A stretch of 64,000 nt of DNA, taken from contig NC_043017.1 in NCBI RefSeq assembly GCF_006345805.1, positions 17,174,001 through 17,238,000 on the forward strand, in the 5' to 3' direction. A model generated the notes under the pieces. That model worked only from the letters and a program-made list of their open reading frames with translations. It was not told the DNA's origin and did no database searches. Shown piece by piece: positions 35,891-49,648 of the stretch (its first letter is position 1; the number at the start of each line of letters is the position of its first letter). Made by a program: the position numbers and the translations under genes. The stretch is from Octopus sinensis. Taxonomy: Eukaryota.

Positions 35891-38324
35891 TTAAAGCCCT
35901 AAGCCATACGTCATAATCGAGCCTATTTCAAGCAGGTAGGAGTTGCCAGCAAAAACATTTCTCGACATTTTCAAAAGAGTCGCTGGTACACAGATATAAG
36001 AAAATAAATGTGAAAAAAAAAAAAACAGAACTCGTTCAAAGTGTTCAAGACATCTGCTGAAGTGTCTGCAACTGGTTTCTACCAAACCGGGTGCCTGTGT
36101 TGCGATGAACAGTGTTTTCGGGTGTGTCGTGCTAAATGGTTTACTTGCAATAAGGAAGGGGTTGACAGACAAGGTGGTGGCGGTGGAGGTAATTGTGGTG
36201 GAGCCGAGATGAGGTGATGGTGTCGGCGTTGTTCGAACAAATCCACGCTTTCGCGTGATAATCTCTTCACATGTAATCAAGAATATGTTGACGATCTTGT
36301 CACAGGAAAGAGTGAAATATAAGTTAATTAATTAATTAAATAATCGAGGACAATGTTGATGATGACCATCATCATGACGAAGACGATGACAACGATGATG
36401 AAAACAACAAGAAGGGTAACGATGGTGATGTTTAGCCCTAAGCCATCTCAACGTGAGCAGAACTACAAGTGAAAGAATCGCAGCTGTAATCAATCTGTCT
36501 CTTTTTATATCATTATCCGAGTTGACAATAGGGTATGATATAAGGGAGATTTGGCTATTTTCTTTAGCTGATCGATCGGACAAGTAACTTCCGCTGGCAA
36601 AATGATTAAACAGAGAAGTTGGTAGTTTAAATAAGTCTATCTGCCGTGAGGAGAAAAGGAAGATTTGGGACGCTTTGGAACGTAATCGATAAAAGACACA
36701 AAATATTTGTTTTCTATCTCTGACAAGCAGGCGGACACCAAGCACTAGACACTTTTTCTTCAGACATCGTACGTTTTTCTGTCCTTGTTTCGTATACATT
36801 CGATCCTTTTTCCAAGAAATCTAATGCTCGTAGCTTAGTTTTTCCTTGGGGCTGGCCGGATCGGAGCGATCTCAAGATTAATCAGCCAAAATTGCGAGGA
36901 TGATCCGGTTCTTGACTGAAGATTGAAGGCTTCGAATGTCTCGTCCGTGTTTTTTGTATCGTCTTCTAAATGTTTTACGTTCTTGTCCCAGTTTGTATTT
37001 TTCTACATATAATATATATATATATATATATCACCGTGACCGTGACCGACCAGGCTATCAGATGTTGATATCGCTGGTCACAATGCACTTTGCATCGTTT
37101 TAGCCTTCAAATGATGCCACCCCGCTGGCTAAGCGAGCAGGCCATATATATATATATATATATATATATGCATACATACAAATACGTATATATATATATA
37201 CACACATGCTCATATATATATACATATATGTATATATATGAGTGTGTGTATATATGTGTATATATATATATACGTATATGTTTATGTATTTAAATATATA
37301 TGCATGAACAGATTTAAATTTTTTTATATATATATACGTATTTGTATGTATAAATACATACATATGCATACGACTATACATATAAATGTACATACATGTG
37401 TATACACACAATATGTATACACACAATATGTATACACACACACACACACATACTCACACACATATAAACGATATTATATGAGTGTGTATACGTATGTATG
37501 TGCACACACATATATATATATATATCTTCCCTTCTTTCCTGAGCGTCCAATAATACTTTATTTGTTCCACGTCCTCGCGTTGCTGTGTTTTTTTGTGTTT
37601 TCTTGTTTATATATATACACACGCACATATGGACACACACACACTCGTATCTATGTCAGAGGGGATTATTGTAGATATTTTAATGAGAAACGGGTTTAAT
37701 TGATTAAATCCCCCTACTTAAGCAAAACTTGTCCTATTCACGATACTGCGTCTGCGATTTGGTTCCTTATTATAGGCAACTGATATCCGATCAGGTGTAC
37801 ACAGTCCTCTAGCAAGAAGGCAATGGGGTGAACAGACCGTCAGTCCCTTGAAGATAAAAGCAAAGGTGTAAAGGGCAGTAGGAAGGGCTACCTCGCAGTA
37901 AAATTGCTGTGCTGTGAGGTGGATGAGAGCTGCAAACAGCTTGCGTTCATGTGCATATTCTGAGGAGACACGTGTAGGGTGAGAGTGGGCGGGGGGCGCT
38001 TGCACTTTAGTAATGTAATTATTTTTATAGTTTCCCCAATTTTTATAGTTTTACAACATATAGATTCAAATTTTGGCACAAAGCCAGCAATTTCAGGAAA
38101 AGGGGTTAACTTGGTTAACCCCAGTGCTCAACTAGTTCTTATTTTATCTACCATGAAGGGACGAAAGGCAAAGTCGACCTCGACGGGATTTGAACTCAGA
38201 ACGTGAAGTCGGACGAAATACCGCTTAACATTTTGCCGGGGGTGCAAACAAATCTGCCAGCATTTATGGTGTATTTTAGAAAAACAAGTAAGGAGTCGAT
38301 ATCCTTCACCATCATCACTACAAG

Positions 38325-38411
38325 AAATGGAGACTGTTTTAGCTGAAGAATGGACAAAAATTCATTTGGAAACAATTCAAACTTTGTACGAGTTCATACC
38401 TCGTAGAATTC
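38325..38411 (+). pseudogene. Tc1-like transposase C-terminal remnant
   Basis: LAEEWTKIHLETIQTLYEFIPRRIQ, typical Tc1 terminal helix motif. Confidence 0.6.
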
Positions 38412-38842
38412 AATTTTCAAAATATTTTTACGAATTTATGATCTACACACGGGAATTCATACGATTAGGAAAAGACTTTACGTTTTCAATTTTTCAAACC
38501 CCTCAACCAATAAATACTGGAAGTTCCACACTTTTTCGATTTTTTTTTAAACAGTTTAAAATACGGATAGTTCGAATTTTTTACTTAAATCCCAACAATG
38601 GGCCGCCTTTGGGGGGGGTGCATCATCCTTCCATTAAATGTGTTTATGAGGAGAAAAATATCAATACATGTCAGTAATAAAGAAACGAGGAAAGTATCAG
38701 GTGGTCGTGGGACGTGCTAAAATTAACAGCTAAATCGCATACCAACTAAAATTAACAGCTAAATCGCATACCAACTTTTTTTTGCATAATCGTATGAATT
38801 CCCGTGTGTAAAATACAAATTCGCAAAAATTTTCTGAAAATT
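38412..38842. mobile_element. MITE with ~55-bp imperfect TIRs
   Basis: TACACACGGGAATTCATACGATTA / TAATCGTATGAATTCCCGTGTGTA; internal tandem duplication of about 28 bp near 38718-38775. Confidence 0.75.
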
Positions 38843-41664
38843 CCCAAAAGTAAAAAAAAAAGTTAAGGTACTTAAACCAAAATTCTGCCGGCTGTACATA
38901 ATTTCTTCAATCTACGGAGAAATGTTAAATTTGTCATGTCTGTATGTCTAACACGTAAGTTTACATATGTATATAATATAACACCATATGGTACTCCAGC
39001 ATGGCCACAGTCAAATGGCTGAAACAAGTAAAAGAGAAAAAGAATATATGTTTTATTGATTGGACTATGGCCATGCTGTGGCGCCAATTTGAAGGATTTA
39101 GCCAAACAAATCAATCTCGGTTGTCAAGCAATGGTCGAGCACAAGCACAATGTGTGTGCGTGTTTTAATTGCTTTTCTTAAAAGCCAAAACAATGTATGT
39201 TCTAAAAACATCAGTAATAGAGATAAACGATTAGTATTATTAGCTGGTATTTCAACGTTTCGGTGATAGAGATCCTTCAAGAAATTTACAGGGACAGAGT
39301 GTTGATTTCCCTGCCCTGTATATGTGTATGAAGGGTTATTTTGCATTATTATAGTATCCAGTCAGCTGCGTGCAGTTCAGATCAGTTATTGATCTGTGGG
39401 ATGTCCTTGTTAATTAGAATAGCTTCTTTTACTCTTAGGTTCCCAATGTCTGTTTCTGCAGTCTCAATGGGAATTAAGACGTCTTGCAGGTGGCATTCCC
39501 TTGCGTTTTCATTATTTTTTTAACGAAAGAAGCATTAACATTATGGTATTTGTTAACCTGTATGTGAACTTATCTGATTGTACTGCCAGATCAAAGATAA
39601 AAATGTCTATCCGCAGTGCTACGTGGTGCAGCAAATGAAATAAATGGTACATCGGAAGTACTATCAAAGTTCTAATACGGGTTAAAGTACACCTCTAGGC
39701 TAATGGTTCTCACGTCAAACAACACCTACGGAAATGCCGCAGCCAAGATATCCAAGATTCTTTGTCTATTTGTTCCTCGTCTCACTCTCTCTTTTCTTCT
39801 TATTTTCTTTCTTTCCCATTCTCTGTGCACCAACCACCGTTGCCATTCTCAGCTTGACAGACTTATTACTTAATAAATATTGTCATCAGTCGGTAAATAA
39901 TTGCTGATACCTTTCACTTTTAATGTCTTCATCACGTTCTTGTAAGTGGAAAGCTAAACACACACACACACACCTTGATGCACGCACACAATACATTATC
40001 CAAACATTTTCCAATTATTTTGTGAAGTCGAATAAGTTTATGACACGAATATTATTGCTTCGCGCTATGTCTACCGCTACGCCCACAGAGATGAGGGTTA
40101 AGCTTCAAACAATAACGAGCACGAGTAACCCACAGACACAGGACCAATGCAAGTCAATTCGAAACCCTGTTCAAAACACAAGACTCGCTTTTCTCATCAC
40201 AGCGCAAAAGTGAAGGACACAAACGGAAATGAAACAATTAACTCCCCAATATACACACAGACCAACAACTATTCCCAAATATTAAAATTTTTATACACTC
40301 ACACACACACACACATTAACCGATGGCCCTGTCTCCTCACAACAGACAAAAATCGATCAGTTATGTAGCTGGGGTGTCTGCTGCCCGAGACACCCTTTGA
40401 GTTTGCGTCCCCTCATGGGCCCTCAAGCTCATGCAGAGTCAAAAGTGCCACTTTCATAAAAGCATCACAGGGGGTAGACTGCCCCCACCCCAACCCCACC
40501 GCAAAGCGACGCTTCTGAAATCAAAGGTCGCGACTTCAACAGGTGAAAGGGATTGTTCTCTTTCTACTGCTTTTAGTAACTGCACGGCGGCCCTGTTGGG
40601 GATGGTGACTTCGAAGTGTGAAGGATTTTCCACTTGCAGGAACTTCATTCTGTTTACAATATTTTATTCAACCGATCGATCTCAGTTTATCAAATGACAG
40701 GATTTTAACATGGCGATAGGGGTGTGATTTAAGGAACTTTGCTCGGTGTATCGACAGACACAGAAATATTGACACATACCCACACATACACATGTAGACA
40801 CATATACATATGTACACATATATTCATCTATAACACATATGCTGACACACATAAATACACGTACGTATTCAGGTAGGGTTTATTGCATCATAAATGAGAG
40901 ATTTATTGCTGTTTACAACATATATCACAAAGACACATGTGTGTGTGTGCGTATGTATACATATACATACATGCATACATAAGCACACACATTATATTAT
41001 ATAAAGGCAAGCGTGATTTATTAGTGAATTTATCAAGAGTCTATGTAAACACGGTCGAGTTTGAATGGAGTTGATATACAGTGGGAACGACTGGGGGTAA
41101 AACGTCTAGACGGAGAAACAAACAAGTAAATAAATAAGTATTAAGCTGTGTGGTGGTGAATGGGCGTGGGAATGGGTTTGAAGAAGAAGCCATTGAATGA
41201 AGGAGGGGTGAGGTTTTTAGTCAAATGTGGGCTGAGTGGGTGCAGAGCAGGGTGATAAATAATGAGGGTGGAGAAGGTTCCCGGTGGAGAAGAGGTAAGT
41301 TAATATCAGGTGAAACTAGTTAGAAGCTACTTGTATTATGTGGTCGCAAACATTATTGTTACCTTCGCACAAAGTAAGCGACGATCGAGCGAACTTATGA
41401 TGAAAGGTATTCCAGTCGCGACCATCTCGTTTAGTTTCTTTATTCTCTCCGGAAAAATATATCAAAGACTACATTACTTATCTGTCCTTTTTCTAAGACA
41501 ACTAAATGTGATTTGAAGGTAAGTTCTGGCTGTAATCTAGAACCTTGGTTTTGTGTACGTGTGATAACAGAAGTCTCAGACATGTTAGTAGCAAACTTAT
41601 GAACATCTATGATCAGCTTTGTAGATCTGGAGTCTCCAGCCACAGGGCCGCCGATCAGTACCAG

Positions 41665-41701
<37 letters not shown>

Positions 41702-41704
<3 letters not shown>

Positions 41705-41918
41705 GGAGTAAACACATAAATGTGTAACAAGGTGGAAAAAGAGTACTCAAATACCAGTGGTAGAGTAATATGCTTTATTTAAAGCAGCAGAAAATTCAAC
41801 AAAATCTGTTACTCTGAGTTTCTCGTTGCCGTTCATCAGACAGTCTTTGCTAGAAATGAACGGCAACGAGAAACTCAGAGTAACAGATTTTGTTGAATTT
41901 TCTGCTGCTTTAAATAAA

Positions 41919-41919
<1 letters not shown>
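41702..41919. mobile_element. Fold-back Penelope-like terminal fragment between (TA)n arrays
   Basis: Inverted arms 41773-41835 and 41856-41919 plus a ~70-bp tail. Homologous to 21290-21700. Confidence 0.65.
41806..41843 (-). ncRNA. Minimal type I hammerhead ribozyme in a Penelope-like terminal repeat
   Basis: CUGU-CUGAUGA-ACG GCAA CGA-GAAA-CUCAGAG-UA-ACAG. Intact core, 4-bp helix I, GCAA-capped short helix II (A-A at its base), near-palindromic helix III, AAUAAA downstream. Confidence 0.7.
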
Positions 41920-41953
<34 letters not shown>

Positions 41954-42582
41954 AAATTGCAATATGTTACAAAAAGCAAATAGAAACTACACGTAGGAAT
42001 GTAAGGGGAAAGTAAGAAGGAAAAATAAGTGAAAATGCACATCGGAAATCAAGAAAAGTAAAGGCTTTTTATGAAAAGTAACGATAGATATATACAATTA
42101 GATGAACGGAGGTAGGAATAAATAATATGCACAGTGTTAGATGTGTCAGTAGTCGAAGTGGCCCCAGAGAAGCGTGAGGTAAAACGTTGTGCTCCAGAAC
42201 ACAACGTACCACCCGTAACTGAAACCACGAACTCGTGAGTGTGAATGCAACCACGTGACCTAACCACTAGACCACGCGTCCTCACACTTACACATACACA
42301 TGTGTCTGTGTGCGCATGTGTGTGTGTGCGTGTAAAGTGGGTTTGGCGAAATGATATGAAGTATGTGACATCACACCTTTGATGAAACTCTGATGAAATG
42401 CCTCTCTAATTAATGTCTAAACCCGCAAACCTAACGTAAATTTTTACTTCGAAGTTTTGCGTAAACAGGCGTTAGTACAGAAACAATTGTAACGAATCAT
42501 TAAACGTGTGTCAAAGGATTTTCTGTGTCTTCTTATCATTTGAATTATATATATATACACATACAGATATATATATATATTT

Positions 42583-42697
42583 ATATTACGTTATATAATT
42601 AGGGCTCAGTAAAATAATTTACTTTACCACACACTGAAAGTTTCAGTTTGTGGTAAAGTAAATTATTTTACTGAGCCCTAATTCTATAACGTAATAT
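42583..42697. repeat. Near-perfect 115-bp palindrome with a 1-nt spacer
   Basis: 57-bp arms centred on CTGAAA-G-TTTCAG at 42640; beside (TA)n. Confidence 0.85.
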
Positions 42698-42785
42698 TTT
42701 AAATATACCTTGAATGGTCCTTTTACATACTGAACACTACTTGGTAAAATTAAGTAATAATTAATTGATTTTACCCTTTTATTAT

Positions 42786-42826
<41 letters not shown>

Positions 42827-43221
42827 TACATATATAAATATATGTGCTTGTGAGTGTGAGTCGTATATATATATAAGAATAATATAACAAAAGAATGGAA
42901 AATACCAGACTTTAATCGCAAACCACAACGTTTGTTTCTGCACCGGACATCTTTATTATTATATAAGAATATTCTTTAGAAACACTATAAATAACAACAG
43001 CTGTGTGTAGGTGCCACCTCGGGTGGAATGCGATTCAGCATTGTCGGATTTCTTTGCGTTTCCTTAGACATATCATGTCTAGTACCCTCCACTAATCAGT
43101 TCATTAGATTTCAGGTGACATATATTGTAATGACACAAAAACAAATACAAAAATAACATCATTTTAATAGTACCAGCAACAATAACATATTGGTGACCTA
43201 AATAATACTGACAGTAATAAA

Positions 43222-43263
43222 AGTAGTGTGTGTGTATATATATATATACACACACATATGCGT

Positions 43264-43296
<33 letters not shown>

Positions 43297-43561
43297 CATA
43301 CACACACATATGCGTATACATACATATATATATACACACACATATGCGTATACATACATATATATATATACACACACATATGCGTATACATATATATATA
43401 ATATATATACACACACATATGCGTATACATATATATATATATACACACACACATATGCGTATACATATATATATATATATACACACACATATGCGTATAC
43501 ATATATATATATATACACACACACATATGCGTATACATATATATATATATATATATATATC

Positions 43562-43593
<32 letters not shown>

Positions 43594-43625
43594 CATACAC
43601 ATATGCATACACACACACACATATA
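43222..43625. repeat. Compound minisatellite (CACACATATGCGTATACATATATA)n
   Basis: About 10 repeats of a ~30-bp unit with variable (TA)n. Confidence 0.9.
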
Positions 43626-43749
43626 GATAAGGTGCGATGGGTACATTGTCGCCATTATATAGTTTTAATTTCGCGCATTGTTTGTTTTTTGATTTTGTTG
43701 ACTATACAGTATAGTAGGGTCCGTTGGGTACCGTCTGTTTGAAAAACAC

Positions 43750-44070
43750 TATCATGACGCAATTCACTCTGCTAGAAATTTGGAAACATGTTATACTGCT
43801 TGGCATCCGCGCTGAAAGTTCCAATACGAACATTTCAGAGTGTTTAGGTGTCAATCTGAGGACAGTGCAATCTGTGGGGCGCAGATGAGCGAGAGACCAA
43901 CAAAACTTCTTGTAACACCAAAGATGAACTGAAGGCAAAGATTACAGCAGCATTCACCAACAAGGAGACCGTCCAGAAGAGCTGCAAGAGATTCCCAAGT
44001 CATCTGGAGACCGTAGATGAAGCCAATGGCGATTTTATTAAATAAATTTACTCTTTATTATTTCAAGATA
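43750..44070 (+). pseudogene. Internally deleted Tc1/mariner-superfamily element
   Basis: HTH-like start (ISECLGVNLRTVQ) fused to a C-terminal remnant (VWG..ERETNKTSCNTKDELKAKI...EANGDFI). Confidence 0.6.
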
Positions 44071-44159
44071 TTTTAATGTAATTTTGGTAGATATATGTCA
44101 AAATGAGATGTTAGTGTTATTTTCATTTTTGTGTAATTTAGACACTTTATTCATCACAC

Positions 44160-44163
44160 TCTT

Positions 44164-44207
<44 letters not shown>

Positions 44208-44945
44208 CCTACATACATGCACACACACAAATATATATATACACATGCAAACACACATGTATATATATATATATACAAATGCACACATATATATCTCCAT
44301 ATGTATATATACGTGCACATACACATATACATATGTATATATATATACACATACATGCACACACATTCATATATATATAATATACTCATGCACACACCTG
44401 TATATATATAATATATATATATATTATATATATATATGCATTCACACACACACACACAAATATATATATACACACACATATGCGTATACATATATATATA
44501 TATATTATATATATATATATTATATATATATATATAATATATATATATATACATATGTATATATATATACACATACATGCACACACATTCATATATATAA
44601 ATATACTCATGCACACACCTGTATATATATATATACATATGTATATATACGTGCACATACACATATACATATGTATATATATATATATGCATTCACACAC
44701 ACACACACCACACACACACACACAAATATATATATACACATACATGCACACACACAAATATATATATACACATGCAAACACACATGTATATATATATATA
44801 CACACACATATGCGTATACATATATATATATATATTATATATATATATATAATATATATATATATATAATATATATATATATATATAATATATATATATA
44901 TATATACATATGTATATATATATACACATACATGCACACACATTC

Positions 44946-44979
<34 letters not shown>

Positions 44980-45265
44980 ATATATATATATACCTACATA
45001 CATACATGCATGCACACACACACACAAATATATATATACACATGCAAACACACATGTATATATATATATATACAAATTCACACATATATATCCATATGTA
45101 TATATACGTGCACATACACATATATATATACATATGTATATATACGTGCACATACACATATATATATATACAGATGTATATATATATACACATACATGCA
45201 CACACATTCATATATATATAAATATACTCATGCACACACCTGTATATATATATATATATATATAT

Positions 45266-45313
<48 letters not shown>

Positions 45314-45345
45314 ATGAGTGCATGTGTGTATTGTTATATGTATAC
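44160..45345. repeat. Higher-order TA/CA compound satellite
   Basis: Recurrent cores ACACATGCAAACACACATG, ACGTGCACATAC and ACTCATGCACACACCTG. Confidence 0.9.
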
Positions 45346-45851
45346 ATATGCGTCTTTATATAGAAGATGTCTGAGGGTAAAGAGAGTAATGGGTAAAGAT
45401 GTTTATCCATGCATAGATGTGTGTGTGTGTACGTATAAAACAGGTAAATCTGCATAACTAAAATATATTACTTACGTCTGTCGTCAATCCGCCGTCAGAC
45501 TATTTGGTAATAAAACCATCTTGGAGTATATAAGGAGGAATGTGAGGTCGATGTGCTATAGAACCGGGTTCAAATCTCAGCTAGAATTTCCAATCATCCA
45601 AACGCAATCCTTCATGCATCACACTCGTCTGGAATGAAAAGTAATAAAATTTGTGACGTTAGTAGTAGTAGTAGTAGTAGTGGTGGTTGTGGTGGTGGTG
45701 GTGGTGGTTACAGCAGTTCGGTTATAGTTTACAATTTCGTGTCGGCGGAAACATGTGTGCATTATAGATCACAAATATTTCTATGTATGTATGTAAATAT
45801 ATGTGTTTGGTTAGTGTGCGTGTATTTACCCGGGGAGTGTATGCGGGTGCG

Positions 45852-45855
45852 AGTG

Positions 45856-45886
<31 letters not shown>

Positions 45887-46203
45887 TTCGTCTGTGTGTG
45901 TGAGCGTGTGTGTGTGTGTTCGTCTGTGTGTGTGTGTTCGTGTGTGTGTTCGTGTGTGTGTGTGTGTTCATGTGTGTGCGTGTGTGTGTGTGTTCGTCTG
46001 TGTGTGTGTGTGTTCGTGTGTGTGTTCGTGTGTGTGTGTGTGTGTTCATGTGTGTGCGTGTGTGTGTGTGTTCGTGTGTGTGTGTGTGTGTGTGTTCGTG
46101 CGTGTATGTGTGTGTGTGTGAGTGTGTTTGTGTGTGTACGTGTGTGTGTGTACGTGTGTGTGTGTGTTCGTGTGTGTGTGTGTTCGTGTGTGTGTGTGTG
46201 TGG
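45852..46203. repeat. (TG)n with periodic TTCG interruptions
   Basis: Direct reading. Confidence 0.95.
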
Positions 46204-46750
46204 TATGACGTCTAACCAGTTTTATTTACTTTTCATATATTTTTTCACACTTTCAAGATTGATTTAAATGATTTGATTCGATTTCAAGTGATTTCTTTTA
46301 TATTTTCGCTCACCATTTATTTTTTAAAAACAAACATTTATTCATCCTATTTTGCCTCCTATATTCATTTTATATATTAATTAATTTATTTAATTTATTA
46401 ATGTATGTATTTCTTTTCATATTCATATATTTATTTTATATTTCTTATTAATTAATTTATTATATATTTATTTATGAAATCCCAGTTTAACCCTTCCTTT
46501 CATCTTCCCTTCCCATAATGCCATTCACTCTTCCGTTCTGTATCCTATAGTTCACAGATTTTCTAAACATTTTCGCTTTTAAATTTTCTTTGATGTTTCG
46601 GCTCCTGTTCTCCCTCTCAACGCGCGCACATACATACATACATACATACAAGTATGTATGTGCAAACACGTTCACATGCTCACACACACACACGCATGTT
46701 AAAGCAAATACACACTCACACAAACAAATATATAGATCTCTAAATATTTT

Positions 46751-46798
<48 letters not shown>

Positions 46799-46884
46799 TA
46801 TATACATATACACACACACACATCTCTCTCTCATTACGTACATTTATAACTAAATAAAAACAAATACTTATGTATACGCACAGG

Positions 46885-46931
<47 letters not shown>

Positions 46932-46932
<1 letters not shown>

Positions 46933-46997
46933 ATACATAGAAGTAAATATATGGCACAACGAAGTACCGTTGTGCCATATATTTACTTCTATGTATA
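46932..46997. repeat. Perfect 30-bp-arm hairpin between (TA)n arrays
   Basis: TATACATAGAAGTAAATATATGGCACAACG-aagtac-reverse complement. Confidence 0.9.
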
Positions 46998-47104
46998 ATT
47001 TCCCCTCACGGGCTATTCTTTACTGGAAAGCAATACTCTCGTATTGCATTACTATTTTTATTATATATATATATATCAGAGAGAGAGAGAGAGAGAGAGA
47101 GTAA

Positions 47105-47300
47105 AAGCGCGTGGCCTAATAGTTAGTGTATTCGGTTCACTTTCTTAACGTAGTGGGTTCAATTCCTGCACAGGTTGGCGCGTTTTGTCAATGAGAAAGA
47201 CATCCCATTTCACATTTGTTCAGTCTATATACAACACAACAATTATACGTAGTCGACGTTATGCGATCATACCAGCCATTTGATTGGTCTTCGTTTCGCT
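47105..47300 (+). mobile_element. Older tRNA-derived SINE (fourth family); inverted relative at about 42140-42285
   Basis: GCGCGTGGCCTAATAGTTAG A-box-like and GGTTCAATTCC B-box-like motifs. Confidence 0.55.
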
Positions 47301-47639
47301 GATTAGAGAGCAAATAGCCCGAAATCCAGTTGTCGCTATATCGGCCAATGATCAGCGACACTTCTCGTCCCCTTGCGTGTTTTTCCGGAAAATCAATTTT
47401 AGTTGATTATTATTTCCAAGTGACTGATCTTTCTTTATCCACCGCGGTTTTGGTTTTACTTCAAAGTAACATTAGTGTTAATGACTTTCTCTTCGTCATT
47501 AGGGTTAGAATTGCAATTAGTCAATAATTATTCTCAACTTATCCGCCGCCTCAAGCGTGGCTGGCTTTTACTTATAACGAGATAGACAGACAAATAGAGC
47601 TGTGTGTGAGTGTGTGTGCATGTCGGCGTTTGTCTATAA

Positions 47640-47920
47640 CAGAGGTTCCCAAATTTTTTGGGACTGTCGCCCACTTGGTACCCAGGCCACATTCTTGCAC
47701 CCCCCATTCACCACCACAAATGTAGACCACATTCTACAGCAAATTCAAAACAACTCTTATTTCACAAATAAAACTCGACCTAATAAACCCGTTATTTTGT
47801 TGTTTTTACATCCATCGCCCCTTTTTTGGTTACCCCAATACTGCCCCACTTTTCTTCAACGCAGCCCTAGATATTTTCACCGCCCGCAAGGGGAAGCAAT
47901 GCCCACTTTGGCAATCACTG
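47640..47920. mobile_element. hAT-type MITE
   Basis: TIRs CAGAGGTTCCCAAA / TTTGGCAATCACTG; 8-bp TSD GTCTATAA / ATCTATAA. Confidence 0.75.
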
Positions 47921-49605
47921 ATCTATAACGATTAAGTGTAAAGGTAAACTAGCCACTTGAGAGGTAAATATGTTTAGACATAAAATATCTAACACCAATC
48001 CTAATACAATCATAAAGCACCAGACTACTTAGACCACGGTGAGGTAACCTCATCGTTGAGACTCCTGACACCCGTTAATTCAAAGCTCTGCCGTTGGTAA
48101 GATAGAAACTTCTTCCTACCTTAGCGAATCTTAGGAAGTCTGCCATTCTTGTTACAGTTATAATCTATTATCGCAATAGACTTGTTTCACTAATTTAGCC
48201 AGCTTCATAATAATAAGTAGATTGTATAGATCTAATTTTTATAGATCTATCACAAATTTTTGTCCTGGGGCAGTAACAGTTATTTCCCTAAAAAGTACGA
48301 TAAATGGCTAATATTTTCCTCAAACTTTGCTTTTGTTACATTTTTTCAAACACCAATTAGTCCCTCTCAACACACAGTTATAATGATCAACCACTAATGC
48401 TTATTATCAAAGATGCACAGATTGTCAGCTACAAAGGGACATGCTAAAATAGTTAAAGTTAAGCAACTGGCAAACAAAATTATGATATTCAGCAGAATAT
48501 TTGCTATAAGGGTACTTCTGATTCAACAACTCAGTACTGAATCTGTCTGAATTGTAATGGAAAATAGGTCAGTTTTAAAACATTGATGTCTCAGTCCCAA
48601 AAGCAAGTAAATAGTAGTCATTCCTTTGATTTCTAGATAGAAGTAAATAGGAATAATACTTAGTAACCAGAGACAAAAACAAATTAAAATTTTGCTACAT
48701 AATGTAATGGTAGATGTCCCCCAGAGAATAATCTTAGGGATAGAATTGTGTCTCCAGATCGTCTCTTCGCAATTCTCCATTAAGAATTGTCTGTTTTCAG
48801 AAATGTTTCTCTCACAACTGTCAGCTTGCAATTCTCTTCACAATTGTCTCCACAGAATTTTCTCTCCAAAATTATTTCTTCGTTCATGTTTTTCGCAATT
48901 GTCTCTCATCACACAGTTGTCTCTTCGAAATTCTTTCTTAAGAATTGTCCAAACAGAATTGTTTCTCCACCATTCTTTCTTCAAAAAGAAGTGTTTTATT
49001 ATTTTTTTATTTGAATTGCAAGTTGTCCTTTCGCATTGGCACCTATCAATTCTTTCATCAGAACTGGTTCCTAGAAACTTGTCTCCCCAGAATTGTCCCT
49101 TTAGAACCATTTCTTCATTATTAGCATTTTCGCTCCAGAATCGTCTTTTCTAGAAATTACCTTATCTCTAGTTATATTCTACACACTGGTTTCATGAACG
49201 AAATATAGTTTAAAGACAGTTCCCGGCATATTTTGGCTCTAATAATTCACTTATGCCGCCTTCACTACCACTACTACTATTTCTAGACATTTCACTGTTA
49301 TAATATCTTTTTCCTTGCAAACACAAATCTAAACTCTCGCCTCACTGATCCACGTTGACTTTATGAACTTTCTACTTCGTTTGCTTCATTCTTTTAGCGA
49401 CTCACTCAGAATATTAATCACCATAGCCAACAATATTTACATTAATAGCATCTATTCTTCTCCTCTGTCTATATATATACCTCTATCTCTCCCTCCCTCA
49501 CTCTATCTGTTAGCTCTCCTGGTTAGCAATTTCTACAAGAATATTAATTGCTCTCTGCAGCAATAATTTCATTAGTAGCGTCCATCTTTCTCGCTTCCCA
49601 ACCCA

Positions 49606-49648
<43 letters not shown>

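Noticed and set aside
36912-36950. CTGAAGA...GAAT...GTC hammerhead-like string
   Set aside because: GAAA is broken and helices I and III do not pair.
42480-42495. GAAACAATTGTA palindromic helix-III-like motif
   Set aside because: No CUGANGA at a usable distance upstream.
44189-45363. Long ORFs (up to 372 aa) rich in Y/I/H/T or V/C/M, here and at 17786-18417, 43079-43742, 45762-46267 and 62046-62396
   Set aside because: Translations of (TA)n/(CA)n/(TACA)n microsatellites that lack stop codons; not genes.
45476-45540. Possible 5' UTR exon (minus-strand donor GAC|gtaagt at 45475)
   Set aside because: A lone donor motif without supporting acceptor, promoter or transcript evidence.
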